Assembly (NCBI GenBank): GCA_027046625.1
Contig: JALTXX010000006.1
Coordinates: 1-56,740 of the forward strand
DNA length: 56,740 bases
DNA from: Candidatus Micrarchaeota archaeon
GTDB lineage: Archaea; Iainarchaeota; Iainarchaeia; JAADDC01
Direction of reading: 5' to 3'
In this document: in pieces, positions 25,556-34,980 of the stretch
Position numbering within the stretch: position 1 is the first letter of the stretch
Layout of the letters: every line of letters starts with the position of its first letter
Program-made: the position numbers and the translations under genes
Notes under the pieces: model-generated
Told to the model about the DNA's origin: nothing
What the model saw: the letters and a program-made list of their open reading frames with translations, nothing else
Database searches by the model: none

Positions 25556-27335
25556 AAAAGTGAGTGATGTATTTGGTAGGATCCGTAGTTGTTATAGCGT
25601 CCCTTGGTAGAAATCTTTTGTAATTTTCCCAAGTATACCTTTCATCCATGAGAATGATGACTCCTCTATCATCCTCGCTCCTTATGAGCCTTCCCATAGA
25701 CTGTAATACCTTTACCATGGCAGGGTAAATATATCCGTATGTCCAACCTCTTCCCATCTTCTTTTCGTAATACTCTATAAGAGCAGCCGTTTCTACGTTC
25801 ATCTCGGATAGGGGTACTCCCACAAGAATAACACCCACAAGTTCCTTTCCGGGATAGTCAACTCCTTCAGAGAGGGATCCTCCTGCCACCCCAAGCAGTA
25901 AGGCCCCCCTATCCTTCATGCTTTTGAAGGAGGCAAGCAGTTCTTCGAGCTGAGAAGGTTTCATGCCCTCCTCCTGTACGAAAATAGGTTTATTAGTATG
26001 GATAAAGGGTAAAACAGACTTTAGAACGTCATAGGATGGAAAGAACGTCGCCACATTTCCCGGGATAGCATCAACTACCTCCGTAATCATCTCACCGTAC
26101 CTTCTAAACTCCTCCTCCTTTCTCTTGCTATATCTAGTTGTAAGGGTTGGAACCACAAGTACAAGCCTGTTCTCCCGGGGGAAGGGACTAGGATACTCTC
26201 TTATGACAGTTCTTTCTTCTTCCAATCCCAACAGATCTCTGTACATCTCGGGAGGAGTCAGCGTGCCACTCATGAGGATGGAGGCATGCACCTCCTCAAA
26301 GATGAGTTTAGCCTCCACAGCAGGATCTAAATTACGCTTTATGAGCTTTCCATCCTCTGTCATGTACCTTACGTATCCCTCCTCTCCCTCAAACCACCTT
26401 TTCAAAAACCTGCCCACTGTCAACATGGCTGACCTTGATCTGTTTGTAATATCAAGGAACTCCTTCCCCCTTTCTATGAGACTTTCCCAGAGATCTTCGT
26501 CTTGAAAATCACCTAATATATCTGAAGGCAGTAGTTTCTCCCTTTCTACATCTTCCATCGTGTTTCTTAGACTATGTAAGGTTTCTTCCAGCTCTTTATC
26601 TACTCGAGAGGCTTCCTTTATAGCTCTTTCAACTGTTCTTATACTGAGTGAGGCAGAGAGAACACTTCTTATTCTGTCTGGAAGATTATGTGCCTCGTCT
26701 ATTATGAGAATAACGTCTTTCATCTCCCTTCCTATCTTTTTTAGGAAGATATCCCTTACCCTTGGAGAAAAGAGATGATAGTAATCGGCAATAATGATGG
26801 GAGATCGTTTGAGCCTGTTAAAGGCAACTTCATGAGGACATAGCTCTTCCGTTCTTCCAAACTTGAGAGAGGCATTCCTATCAAGGATGGCAGCCTCCGG
26901 ATACCGAGGATTGAGTATAAAGTTTTTGTAGAAGGGACACTCTTCCCTTTCTTTAAGTTTTTTGCACACCTCGTAGAAATCCTCACCCTCTACCCTTGAG
27001 GCTAGGGGATGAATGCACAGGTATCTCTTTCCGATCACTTCGGTGGTGTGGGGGAGTACTCCGTACTTTTTATAAATACCTTTTAGCACCTTCAACGCCA
27101 TATCGTGCTGAGAAATTTTAGGAGAGAGGAAAAGGAGTACCTTCTTATGCTCTATAATGTATGGAATAGTAGCAGCAAAAGCAGCATCTGTTTTTCCTAT
27201 GCCGGTGGGTGCGTTTGCAAGCAAATGCTTTCCCTCGGATATGGTCTGGAGAATATCCCCAATAAGTTTGTCCTGATAGGGCCTAGGGGATGAAAATCTT
27301 AGGAACACCTCCACAACTTCATTTGATGGCGCCAA
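25545..27335 (-). CDS. xpd: XPD/Rad3-type Fe-S DNA helicase
   Basis: Walker A ANAPTGIGKTDA, DEAH box IIDEAHNL, and a four-Cys cluster region (CIHP...C..L....CPFY...CPHE). Confidence 0.85.
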   Translation of the reverse strand: MAPSNEVVEVFLRFSSPRPYQDKLIGDILQTISEGKHLLANAPTGIGKTDAAFAATIPYIIEHKKVLLFLSPKISQHDMALKVLKGIYKKYGVLPHTTEVIGKRYLCIHPLASRVEGEDFYEVCKKLKEREECPFYKNFILNPRYPEAAILDRNASLKFGRTEELCPHEVAFNRLKRSPIIIADYYHLFSPRVRDIFLKKIGREMKDVILIIDEAHNLPDRIRSVLSASLSIRTVERAIKEASRVDKELEETLHSLRNTMEDVEREKLLPSDILGDFQDEDLWESLIERGKEFLDITNRSRSAMLTVGRFLKRWFEGEEGYVRYMTEDGKLIKRNLDPAVEAKLIFEEVHASILMSGTLTPPEMYRDLLGLEEERTVIREYPSPFPRENRLVLVVPTLTTRYSKRKEEEFRRYGEMITEVVDAIPGNVATFFPSYDVLKSVLPFIHTNKPIFVQEEGMKPSQLEELLASFKSMKDRGALLLGVAGGSLSEGVDYPGKELVGVILVGVPLSEMNVETAALIEYYEKKMGRGWTYGYIYPAMVKVLQSMGRLIRSEDDRGVIILMDERYTWENYKRFLPRDAITTTDPTKYITHFFRK

Positions 27336-27367
27336 TCTTTAAACTGTACCACACTCATACACTTTTA

Positions 27368-27871
27368 ATGAAAAGGGTAAAGCTGGGAGGCAAGGAATAT
27401 CTGGAGATACCTGACGATATAAGGGGAAAACGGTACCTTATCATCCGGCTAGAGGACGGTCTGTACCTTGTAGGGTTGGAGGAAAAGGTTAGCAACCTTC
27501 TAAAGCGCCAGATAAGCTATCTATCTTCCAAGAGAAGGAAGGGTGAGTACAAACCTATAAAGAGCTACTGGATATTAGAAAGCGAGCAGGAAGCTGTGGA
27601 GTTTTCAAGGAGACACGGAGATGAGATTCAAAGGGGAGAAATAGTGGGCGTGAGGGCATTTGATGGAAAGTTTTATGCTGTAAAAAGGGAGACTTATACC
27701 TATATCCTTAGAAAGATCATAGACAGTCTGAAACGATCCCCCAAAACACTAGAAGAACTATCGGGAGCTATAAATGAGCCCAGGGATCTTGTAAAGGCTG
27801 TGCTGGAGATTGCAAGGGAAGAAGGTGTAATACTGGAGAGGGGGGATGGTACCTATGCCTACGCGGGGTAA
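27368..27871 (+). CDS. Hypothetical protein, possible C-terminal winged helix
   Basis: Start moved to ATG 27368 (MKRVKLGGKEY) to avoid overlap with xpd. No catalytic motif. Confidence 0.5.
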   Translation: MKRVKLGGKEYLEIPDDIRGKRYLIIRLEDGLYLVGLEEKVSNLLKRQISYLSSKRRKGEYKPIKSYWILESEQEAVEFSRRHGDEIQRGEIVGVRAFDGKFYAVKRETYTYILRKIIDSLKRSPKTLEELSGAINEPRDLVKAVLEIAREEGVILERGDGTYAYAG

Positions 27872-28349
27872 GGTATTAGACAATAGGGTGTTGGTAGAGG
27901 AGGGATATGAACATTTAAAAGAGAAGGGCTTTGGGGAGGAAAGGGAGGAAGGACTTGTATTATCCCTCTATGAAGCCTTTTATCTTCTACAAAAGGGAAA
28001 ACTGGTGCTTGATATGGGTGAGGAAGCATTTTTACGCCATGCTTCTTCTGTAGAGGAACAATTTCTTGCAAGATATGCTGTATTCAAGGATATAAGGGAC
28101 AGAGGATATGTTGTGAGGACAGGTTTTAAGTTTGGGACACATTTTAGGGTGTATCCTAGGGGGAAGAAACCAGGGGAGGCTCATACTCAGTATGTGGTCT
28201 ATGTATTGAGTGAGGAGCAGCGGTTTGAACCGGCAGACATTGCACGTCTTGTGAGGGTAGCTACTGGTATAAGAACAAAGCTACTGTTTGCCATGGTGGA
28301 CAGCGAGAACGATGTGGTATATTATAAAATAGAAAGGGTAGGGCTTTAG
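27846..28349 (+). CDS. endA: tRNA-splicing endonuclease
   Basis: YEAFYLLQKGKL, then RDRGYVVRTGFKFGTHFRVYPRG...HTQYVV, match the EndA catalytic domain. Confidence 0.85.
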   Translation: MVPMPTRGKVLDNRVLVEEGYEHLKEKGFGEEREEGLVLSLYEAFYLLQKGKLVLDMGEEAFLRHASSVEEQFLARYAVFKDIRDRGYVVRTGFKFGTHFRVYPRGKKPGEAHTQYVVYVLSEEQRFEPADIARLVRVATGIRTKLLFAMVDSENDVVYYKIERVGL

Positions 28350-29782
28350 TCCTTCTTTGTAAGCTCCTCGAACTCCATGGCTGCCTCCTCTGCTTGCTTG
28401 CCCTTTCTGATTAGGTAGGCAATTGCAAGTATTACTATTGCTGCCAATATCAGTAGTACTACGTTTGAAGCAGCTGGGGAAGCCGTTACATACCCTGTAA
28501 GAGCTGATTTGGAAAGATTTATGGTTCTCTGAGCTATTACTGTTCCATCTGGCGCTACTAACCTTACAATGGCAGGTCCGTCTTCTGCGTTGGCTTCTGG
28601 TGTGAAGGACACATTGACCGAGACGGTTTCGTAGGGTGCTATGTCAAGCAGGGAAGGCTCTGCTACGTACTTCCATCCCTTGGGGGCCTTTACCTCAACT
28701 TTAACGTTTTCTTGTCTCTTTGCACCATTCTCTATGTTTATGGTTACTGTGTATGCCGTTGGGTTTACGTTTTCTTCTGTTTTTACAACCTTTCTATCAG
28801 GAATCTCAACGATTACATAGGTACAATCCAGGTCAGAGCCATACTTGTCTGTTACACAGACTCTTGGTGTAAACACCCCCGTTCTCTTGAGATTATCGAA
28901 CCTCAGCAACAAAGGCACCTGTACACTTTCCCCTCCTCCCACCTTTACATCATCTGAGAGGAGAGCAGTACCTTTAGGTAGGTTATCTGCCCTGAATCGT
29001 ACTACAACGTCGAAGTCAGAGTTGTTATTCACCCTTACATATAGCCTTTCTACCAGGTTATTCACCACAAGGGATTCAGGTGCCTCTAGGGTAATATCAG
29101 CCTTTCTAATGCTTGGTAACTTTACTACCACATTTTTCTCCACGTTGCCAATCTTTGCAAAGAACTTTATGTACTCTGGCAGTGTTGGAGTGATCGGGAT
29201 CTCTGCCACCACTTCTTTCTCCCCATAGGGACCCACAGTAACGGGGTTCTCCCTAAACTGGACATTTCCGTAGTCTGAAAAGAGTTCTGCATATACGACG
29301 AGGGAGCTCTCGTTTCTCACAAACAGGGTAACCTCTACTTTATCATTCGTGAGAGATACTCCCTTCTGCCCAAAAATAACATCCGATACTGGTTGAGTTG
29401 TGTAACCGCTGAATACCCTAAAACAATACTGCCTGCTATCTACCAGCTGATTGTTTGCAGTGTTGTATACATCGATGGTAAGTGTGTAGTACGCATCAAA
29501 CACCGTTCCGGGTGCTCTCACCTCAATAAGCCTGTTCTCTGTTACATTGGCTTGTAAATCAAGAAGCATCTCCTTGGGGTAGACATAGAGTCCATTACTT
29601 GACAATACTACGCTATAGGTACCGTCGGCATCCACTTTAAGGGATAGTGTGAATATCTGAGTTTCTCCCGGGGATAATACGTTACATGTGTCCGATGCCT
29701 CCACTAAGAATAATGCACTGGCAAATGGAATGAGTAATAACATCCATATCCATCTCATGTTACCACCCCACAGTTGTTTCAT
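28346..29782 (-). CDS. Secreted, C-terminally membrane-anchored surface protein (478 aa)
   Basis: Signal peptide WIWMLLLIPFASA, a beta-rich body, and a C-terminal TM segment VVLLILAAIVILAIAYLIRKGK. Confidence 0.7.
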   Translation of the reverse strand: MKQLWGGNMRWIWMLLLIPFASALFLVEASDTCNVLSPGETQIFTLSLKVDADGTYSVVLSSNGLYVYPKEMLLDLQANVTENRLIEVRAPGTVFDAYYTLTIDVYNTANNQLVDSRQYCFRVFSGYTTQPVSDVIFGQKGVSLTNDKVEVTLFVRNESSLVVYAELFSDYGNVQFRENPVTVGPYGEKEVVAEIPITPTLPEYIKFFAKIGNVEKNVVVKLPSIRKADITLEAPESLVVNNLVERLYVRVNNNSDFDVVVRFRADNLPKGTALLSDDVKVGGGESVQVPLLLRFDNLKRTGVFTPRVCVTDKYGSDLDCTYVIVEIPDRKVVKTEENVNPTAYTVTINIENGAKRQENVKVEVKAPKGWKYVAEPSLLDIAPYETVSVNVSFTPEANAEDGPAIVRLVAPDGTVIAQRTINLSKSALTGYVTASPAASNVVLLILAAIVILAIAYLIRKGKQAEEAAMEFEELTKKD

Positions 29783-29844
29783 GTCATGTATTATGGACGC
29801 GTAAGTATTAAATATGCAGTACCCTTAGTTTAGTGGTGGTGGTT

Positions 29845-30579
29845 ATGGAGTACTTTGAAGAGACGGTATCCCTCCTCCGCAGCTTGGGACTCAACCAGTA
29901 TGAGGCAAGAACCTATGCATCTCTTCTACTCTACGGGGATTTGACAGCGGGTGAGCTTTCTAACAGGGCTGGTCTGCCCAGACCAAGGGTATATGATATA
30001 GTAAACAACCTCGTTAAAAAGGGATTCGTGCTGGTACAGCCCGGCAGGCCTGTAAGGTACAGGGCGGTCCCACCCAAAGACGCAATTGCCAACTATATAA
30101 AGCTAAAGAGGGAAGAGTTTGAGAAGGAAGTGGATAAGATAAGAAAGATTGGGGAAGAGTTGGAGGAGAAAGGACAGAAAAAACGAATAGATAAGGAATC
30201 TCACGGATTCTGGGTATTAAACACAGATAACCTGTTAAGAATGCACCTTCAGTCCCTTTTAAGGTCTAGTATGAGCGAGGTTGTGATGGCAATGCCTGCA
30301 GATTTCCTTCTAGAGTATTATAATGTGCTCATACCCTATATAGAAGAAATATCTAACAGGGGGGTTAGGGTGAAGCTTATTGTTCCAAAGGGAGTTTCTG
30401 GCACGGTAATGGTACCGGAGGATGTGGATGTAATAGAGACAGATAGCGATGTCCCCCCTGTTATTCTAGTGGATTCCAAGAAGGCATTTGTGGGCATGGG
30501 AAGCGATGGAAAGGGTGTTCTCATAGAACATCCAGAGTTTTCCAAGTCATTTAAACGTATGCTAGATTCCATTATATGA
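29845..30579 (+). CDS. TrmB-family transcriptional regulator
   Basis: LGLNQYEARTYASLLLYGDLTAGELSNRAGLPRPRVYDIVNNLVKKGFV is a typical TrmB wHTH. Confidence 0.8.
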   Translation: MEYFEETVSLLRSLGLNQYEARTYASLLLYGDLTAGELSNRAGLPRPRVYDIVNNLVKKGFVLVQPGRPVRYRAVPPKDAIANYIKLKREEFEKEVDKIRKIGEELEEKGQKKRIDKESHGFWVLNTDNLLRMHLQSLLRSSMSEVVMAMPADFLLEYYNVLIPYIEEISNRGVRVKLIVPKGVSGTVMVPEDVDVIETDSDVPPVILVDSKKAFVGMGSDGKGVLIEHPEFSKSFKRMLDSII

Positions 30580-31511
30580 TGCATACATTTGTGGATCTAT
30601 TCGCAGGGGGAGGAGGATTTACAAGGGGTTTAGTAGCTGCAGGGCTGAAACCATTGGTGTTATTGGAGAAAGGACATTGGGAAGCGGAAACACTTAGAAA
30701 AAACTTCCCTTCAGCTGTTGTTATGGAGAGAGATATCAGAGATGTCCATAGTGAAGATATTCTTAGGTATGGAAAACCTTCTATTGTGGTGGGAGGGCCT
30801 CCGTGTGAGGCATATACTGCTGCAAATGCATCCCGTATGAAAGAACCCCATATGAGACTTTATGAGGATCCTAGGGGTAGGCTAACCCTTCATTTCATTA
30901 GAATGGTAGGAGATATGCAACCAGAGGTTTTTATCATGGAGAATGTTCCATCCATTCTTGCTGTAAAGGAGTTCCTAAGGTACGAGTTTGGAAGAGTAGG
31001 ATATGAAGTACACTTCAACGTAATTGAGGCATCGGAGCAAGGGGTTCCCTCCCAGAGAAGGAGGGTGTTCATATCAAACATTCGTCTTCGTCTCCCAAGG
31101 GAGAGACCACCCACCGTATTGGAAGCCATTGGGGATATAATGGAGCTTGATGAGAGCACTCCCAACCACAAACCATCCTCTCTTACAAAGAAGTTGGAGG
31201 AGAAGGCATGGAAGTTGAGGTGGAATAGCAGCCTTACTAAATTTAAGGGGGCAGGCGGTATATACAAAAGCCACATAAAGCTGCATCCGTTCAGGATTGC
31301 GCCCACCATTATGGGCAGCTCAAGGTTTATCCATCCCCTTGAGGGGCGACTCCTCACACCCAGAGAACATGCCAGGCTTATGTCATTTCCAGACTACCAT
31401 GTCTTCTACGGACCGTTGGAATCCCAGTACAATATGGCAGGTGAGGCTGTGCCTCCTCGCCTTTCCTACCTTATGGGAAGGAACCTAATTAAGGTTTTGC
31501 CAGCAGAATAG
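30576..31511 (+). CDS. DNA (cytosine-5)-methyltransferase
   Basis: Motif I DLFAGGGGF, IV GGPPCEAYT, VI ENV, VIII QRRRVF, IX TPREHARLMSFPD, X GEAVPP. ATGA overlap with the TrmB gene. Confidence 0.85.
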   Translation: MMHTFVDLFAGGGGFTRGLVAAGLKPLVLLEKGHWEAETLRKNFPSAVVMERDIRDVHSEDILRYGKPSIVVGGPPCEAYTAANASRMKEPHMRLYEDPRGRLTLHFIRMVGDMQPEVFIMENVPSILAVKEFLRYEFGRVGYEVHFNVIEASEQGVPSQRRRVFISNIRLRLPRERPPTVLEAIGDIMELDESTPNHKPSSLTKKLEEKAWKLRWNSSLTKFKGAGGIYKSHIKLHPFRIAPTIMGSSRFIHPLEGRLLTPREHARLMSFPDYHVFYGPLESQYNMAGEAVPPRLSYLMGRNLIKVLPAE

Positions 31512-31516
31512 TAAAC

Positions 31517-31945
31517 ATGATAGTTGTGTACCATGATGTTCACTCGGTGGCGAAGCTCACAGAGATTTACAAAGTAGTAAAGGCTTTTGATGTGGATCTC
31601 TTTGTAATCTCAAGGGCTCAAGGAGGTGCGGCTCAAAGTGGAATACCAGAGATAAACGTGAGAGCCTTTATGGATGGTATAAAACTGCTTGTGGTTCCGG
31701 ATCTGAAGGATGCTATTGAGTTACTAAAGCCAGAGAGGGTGATTATCCTTTCTTCCCGGGCAGAAAAGCCTTTGGAAAGATTAGAAAAGGGCGACATGTT
31801 GGTTGTTACTGGAACAGAGCCAGATGTTTCTAAGTATGATAGCATTGGAGAGTTAAGGTATGTGGAACCAAAGGAACTGGGAGACATAGGGAGGCTTACT
31901 GTGGCCCTTTGTAGGGGGATGATGAGGCCGACATCGAATGAGTGA
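31517..31945 (+). CDS. Small conserved archaeal protein (DUF531-like, tentative)
   Basis: VVYHDVHSVAKLTEIYKVVKAFDVDLFVISRAQGGAAQSGIPE resembles DUF531 from memory only. Confidence 0.35.
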   Translation: MIVVYHDVHSVAKLTEIYKVVKAFDVDLFVISRAQGGAAQSGIPEINVRAFMDGIKLLVVPDLKDAIELLKPERVIILSSRAEKPLERLEKGDMLVVTGTEPDVSKYDSIGELRYVEPKELGDIGRLTVALCRGMMRPTSNE

Positions 31946-31948
31946 TGA

Positions 31949-32359
31949 TTAGGTACCTGGCTCTCTGACCCTGAGCCTAATCCTTTTCCCCTCTGTGTTG
32001 AAGGCAGCTACGTTTTCTAATGAGAAGGGAGGAAATGCAATAAGATGTACATAACCCAGGAACGGGAATACTGTTTTATCTTGTGGGGAGGGGAAGGAAG
32101 AGGTAGGATGGGAGTGAAAGGACCCCATTATATGAAGAGGAACGTGGTTTATGTCTATGATGGCATGGGTGTACCCTTCTTTCCATGGAATATAATAGAA
32201 CTCCTCAAGATACACAATGTTATTCTCCTTTCTACCGCCAAGAAGGGCGAAGAATTCGAAAGGATACTTTCTTCTCGCAGATGCAAGCAACCCTTCTAAC
32301 AAGTCTTTCCTAATAATGGCTATCAAATCCGTATTTCCCCTTGAGCGGAACAAATACAA
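31949..32359 (-). CDS. JAB1/MPN/Mov34 (JAMM) metalloprotease
   Basis: JAMM motif HSHPTSSFPSPQD. The start is uncertain because of a 50-nt overlap with pcm. Confidence 0.7.
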   Translation of the reverse strand: MYLFRSRGNTDLIAIIRKDLLEGLLASARRKYPFEFFALLGGRKENNIVYLEEFYYIPWKEGYTHAIIDINHVPLHIMGSFHSHPTSSFPSPQDKTVFPFLGYVHLIAFPPFSLENVAAFNTEGKRIRLRVREPGT

Positions 32360-32969
32360 ATCCCTCCTTTCTTTCTACTTCTACTAATCTACTTCCCTCT
32401 CTTTTTAGAGCTACAAGATCCTGAGAGTAGAGGGAGCCTAGGGGTAAAACTAGGATGCCACCCTCCTTTAGTTGATGGTGTATAGGGGGGACTGTAGGTG
32501 TGGCTGCGTGGAATATAATCCTATCAAAGGGCGCGTACTCCTTTAGTCCTACACTGCCGTCTCTTACAAAGATATTTATGTCTGTATCTCCCCTGTTGAG
32601 GGAAACGTTGTACCCCAATTTTTTAAGGGTGTTAGCAGCCCTCTCTGCAAGGGAATAGATAATCTCTGTAGAATACACAGGATGTTTGGTTATTTCGTAT
32701 ATGAGAGCCGCAGTATAGCCGGAACCTGTACCTATTTCCAGCACCTTTAGCCCCTTCTTTAGCTTTAGCATTTCTAGCATTATCCCTATGGTATAGGGTT
32801 GGGAAATGGTTTGTCCATACCCTATCTCAAGGGCCGTGTCTTCATATGCCATATCCTGGAGGTGTGGAGGCACAAAGGCTTCCCTTGGAACCTTTAGAAA
32901 CGCTTTGAGGACATTTTCATCCTTTATACCTCTTTTCCTCAGGGATTCAACGAGAGAATGCCTATTCAT
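32310..32969 (-). CDS. pcm: Protein-L-isoaspartate O-methyltransferase
   Basis: QTISQPYTIGIMLEML...VLEIGTGSGYTAA. Confidence 0.9.
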   Translation of the reverse strand: MNRHSLVESLRKRGIKDENVLKAFLKVPREAFVPPHLQDMAYEDTALEIGYGQTISQPYTIGIMLEMLKLKKGLKVLEIGTGSGYTAALIYEITKHPVYSTEIIYSLAERAANTLKKLGYNVSLNRGDTDINIFVRDGSVGLKEYAPFDRIIFHAATPTVPPIHHQLKEGGILVLPLGSLYSQDLVALKREGSRLVEVERKEGFVFVPLKGKYGFDSHY

Positions 32970-33831
32970 TACGCTCCCTCGCTATTTCTTCTATCTCTGA
33001 AAAATTCTCCGCTTCCATAATTTCTTTCTCCTCAATGTAAGGTAGCTCCTTTTTCTTCCCTATTATCAAATAATAGCTGAATAGCTTTCCTCGCATGCGG
33101 TTTATCTGCTCAATTTTTCTTCTAGAAACTTCTTTTTCTCTCAGAAAGGATATGAACACATTCCCTCTTGCCATGGCACTCCAAGGAAGCCTTTCGAACT
33201 GCCTTACTTCGGAGCCCAACCTCTTTAGCTGGGAGAAAGGCATAGTCAGTTTGTCTTTGAATTCCCTGAAGGAGAGGGGAGCGGGGTGTCTTGGGATGCT
33301 CCCTAAAACACTTTCCAACCGCTGTGCTGTTTCTTCCGTTGTGGGATAACCCCTTTCGTACCTGTAAATGGTTTCCTTTGAGGTACCCACTCTTTTTGCA
33401 AGCTCCTGTAGAGACAGACCCAAACGCTCTCGCCTCTTCCTTAACTCCTCCGGATCGAGGAAAACAACCTCTCTCCCCTTTATGTATGTTATTGTGGGGG
33501 ATTCTCCTTTCAGCATGTTCCTGAAGGTTTCAAGGTTTATGAATGGAATACCATGTCTATAGTATATAACACCGTTCCTTAACCTGTTAGCTCTACCCCT
33601 TTCTCCAATGCCTATAACTTTCCCCTTTAGGAGCTTTGCCAATCGTATAGCATCCTTCGCATGGGAAACCTTAAGGCTATCCATGTTGGACAGAAGAATT
33701 ATTACAAAAATGCCTTCCCTTCCCTTGGCTATAATGTCTACAGAGGACTTACCTCCTAGCTCAATGCATTCGTATCCTTCCTCCCTGAGTAATCTCACTA
33801 CTTCCTCCTTCATGTTATACACCTGCCGCAA
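32962..33831 (-). CDS. Archaeal transcriptional regulator with a central XRE-type HTH (COG1395-like)
   Basis: RKRRERLGLSLQELAKRVGTSKETIYRYERG, with an N-terminal endonuclease-like domain. Confidence 0.65.
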   Translation of the reverse strand: MRQVYNMKEEVVRLLREEGYECIELGGKSSVDIIAKGREGIFVIILLSNMDSLKVSHAKDAIRLAKLLKGKVIGIGERGRANRLRNGVIYYRHGIPFINLETFRNMLKGESPTITYIKGREVVFLDPEELRKRRERLGLSLQELAKRVGTSKETIYRYERGYPTTEETAQRLESVLGSIPRHPAPLSFREFKDKLTMPFSQLKRLGSEVRQFERLPWSAMARGNVFISFLREKEVSRRKIEQINRMRGKLFSYYLIIGKKKELPYIEEKEIMEAENFSEIEEIARERNE

Positions 33832-34690
33832 ATGCTATGATTCCCACTAGCATGGCAGCCTTTATGGGATTGTGGTAAGGTCTCATCTCGCTTAGCATCT
33901 TGGCTATAAACCAGAGTGTGAAAAGAGAAACCACTCCCATAATAACGATGTATCCTTCCCCTAGAAGGTTTAGCACATATGGAATAGGAACGAGCAAAAC
34001 CCCCATAGCTATGAGATATGAGCCTATTAGAATGGCATCTTTTCCTATAAGATGATAGAGGGTAGTTTTGTATCCCTTGTCGGCGTCGCCATCCTCCACA
34101 TCCTTCAATATCTCCCTTCCCCAGTTTACGAGAAACACTATAAATGCAGGTAAGACCGTTCTGGTGATATTGCCCAGAAGCCCTCCGTAAATAATGGATA
34201 GAGCTGTAAGAAGGGATACCACTATATTTCCAAGGAACTTCCACCTTTGAAGTTTATATGAATAAAATATTGCCAGAAGCGAAGCTAAAACAGCTATTAT
34301 TCCGTGATATACAGAGAGAAGAAAGCCCAATACTACACCAGAGAGAAAGTAGAAGGCTATTGCTAATTTTGCATCATCCGGTGATACCTTTCCAGAGGGA
34401 AGGGGCTTATGGGGGCGCTTTCTTTTGTCTACTTCTATATCTACGTAATCATTTATAGCCTGTGCTCCCATGGAGATGAGAGCTGCAGAAAGAGCCGCCC
34501 ATACAGCGATAGAGACAGGGACATCTGCTATATATCCTCCTACCATGGCGGCGAAAAATACCATAAGGGCATTGATGGGTCTTCCAAGGGAGAGGAGATA
34601 CTTTAACTTCACACTATCATATATGAAAAAGGGGTTTATATTTTCTCTGCCCTTTTCTTCCTTAAACGTTTGGATTTGCACCTTCTGCAC
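33815..34690 (-). CDS. UbiA-family prenyltransferase, probably digeranylgeranylglyceryl phosphate synthase
   Basis: GRPINALMV...NDYVDIEVDKRKRPHKPLPSG and 8-9 TM segments. GTG start. Confidence 0.75.
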   Translation of the reverse strand: MQKVQIQTFKEEKGRENINPFFIYDSVKLKYLLSLGRPINALMVFFAAMVGGYIADVPVSIAVWAALSAALISMGAQAINDYVDIEVDKRKRPHKPLPSGKVSPDDAKLAIAFYFLSGVVLGFLLSVYHGIIAVLASLLAIFYSYKLQRWKFLGNIVVSLLTALSIIYGGLLGNITRTVLPAFIVFLVNWGREILKDVEDGDADKGYKTTLYHLIGKDAILIGSYLIAMGVLLVPIPYVLNLLGEGYIVIMGVVSLFTLWFIAKMLSEMRPYHNPIKAAMLVGIIAFAAGV

Positions 34691-34838
34691 CTTTCAGGTG
34701 GCTTCCCGCCGCTACCCCTGTTGCGCGCGTTGCATTTCATGCATATGTATACGTTTTCGAACAGCCTTTTTTCTGCCTCCGGGAAACCCATGGTGAAAAG
34801 GATGCCTAAAGGTTCTTTAAAAGTTTATTCCTTTTTCA

Positions 34839-34898
34839 GTGTGTGATGAGCCCGCGCAGGGCTGAGGCAACGATGATGACGATCTTGAGTGCTGATTA
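34839..34898 (+). ncRNA. C/D box sRNA 1 (2'-O-methylation guide)
   Basis: C GUGAUGA (34843-49), 12 nt, D' CUGA (34862-65), C' AUGAUGA (34873-79), 12 nt, D CUGA (34892-95). TATA-like TTTAAAAG at 34816-23. Confidence 0.85.
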
Positions 34899-34922
34899 AA
34901 AATTCTAAGTTTCCTATTCTAT

Positions 34923-34980
34923 GGGCAATGATGAAGCCGTCCCAGACTGACGGTGATGATAAGGGGTAACTGCTGAGCCT
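34923..34980 (+). ncRNA. C/D box sRNA 2 (2'-O-methylation guide)
   Basis: C AUGAUGA (34928-34), 12 nt, D' CUGA (34947-50), C' GUGAUGA (34953-59), 13 nt, D CUGA (34973-76). Terminal GGC/GCC pairing. TATA-like TTAAAAAT at 34896-903. Confidence 0.8.

Noticed and set aside
34470-34796. 108-aa plus-strand ORF spanning the DGGGP synthase 5' end and the intergenic region
   Set aside because: It is antisense to a strong UbiA-family ORF and then runs through non-coding sequence. Its composition is Cys/Arg-rich nonsense.
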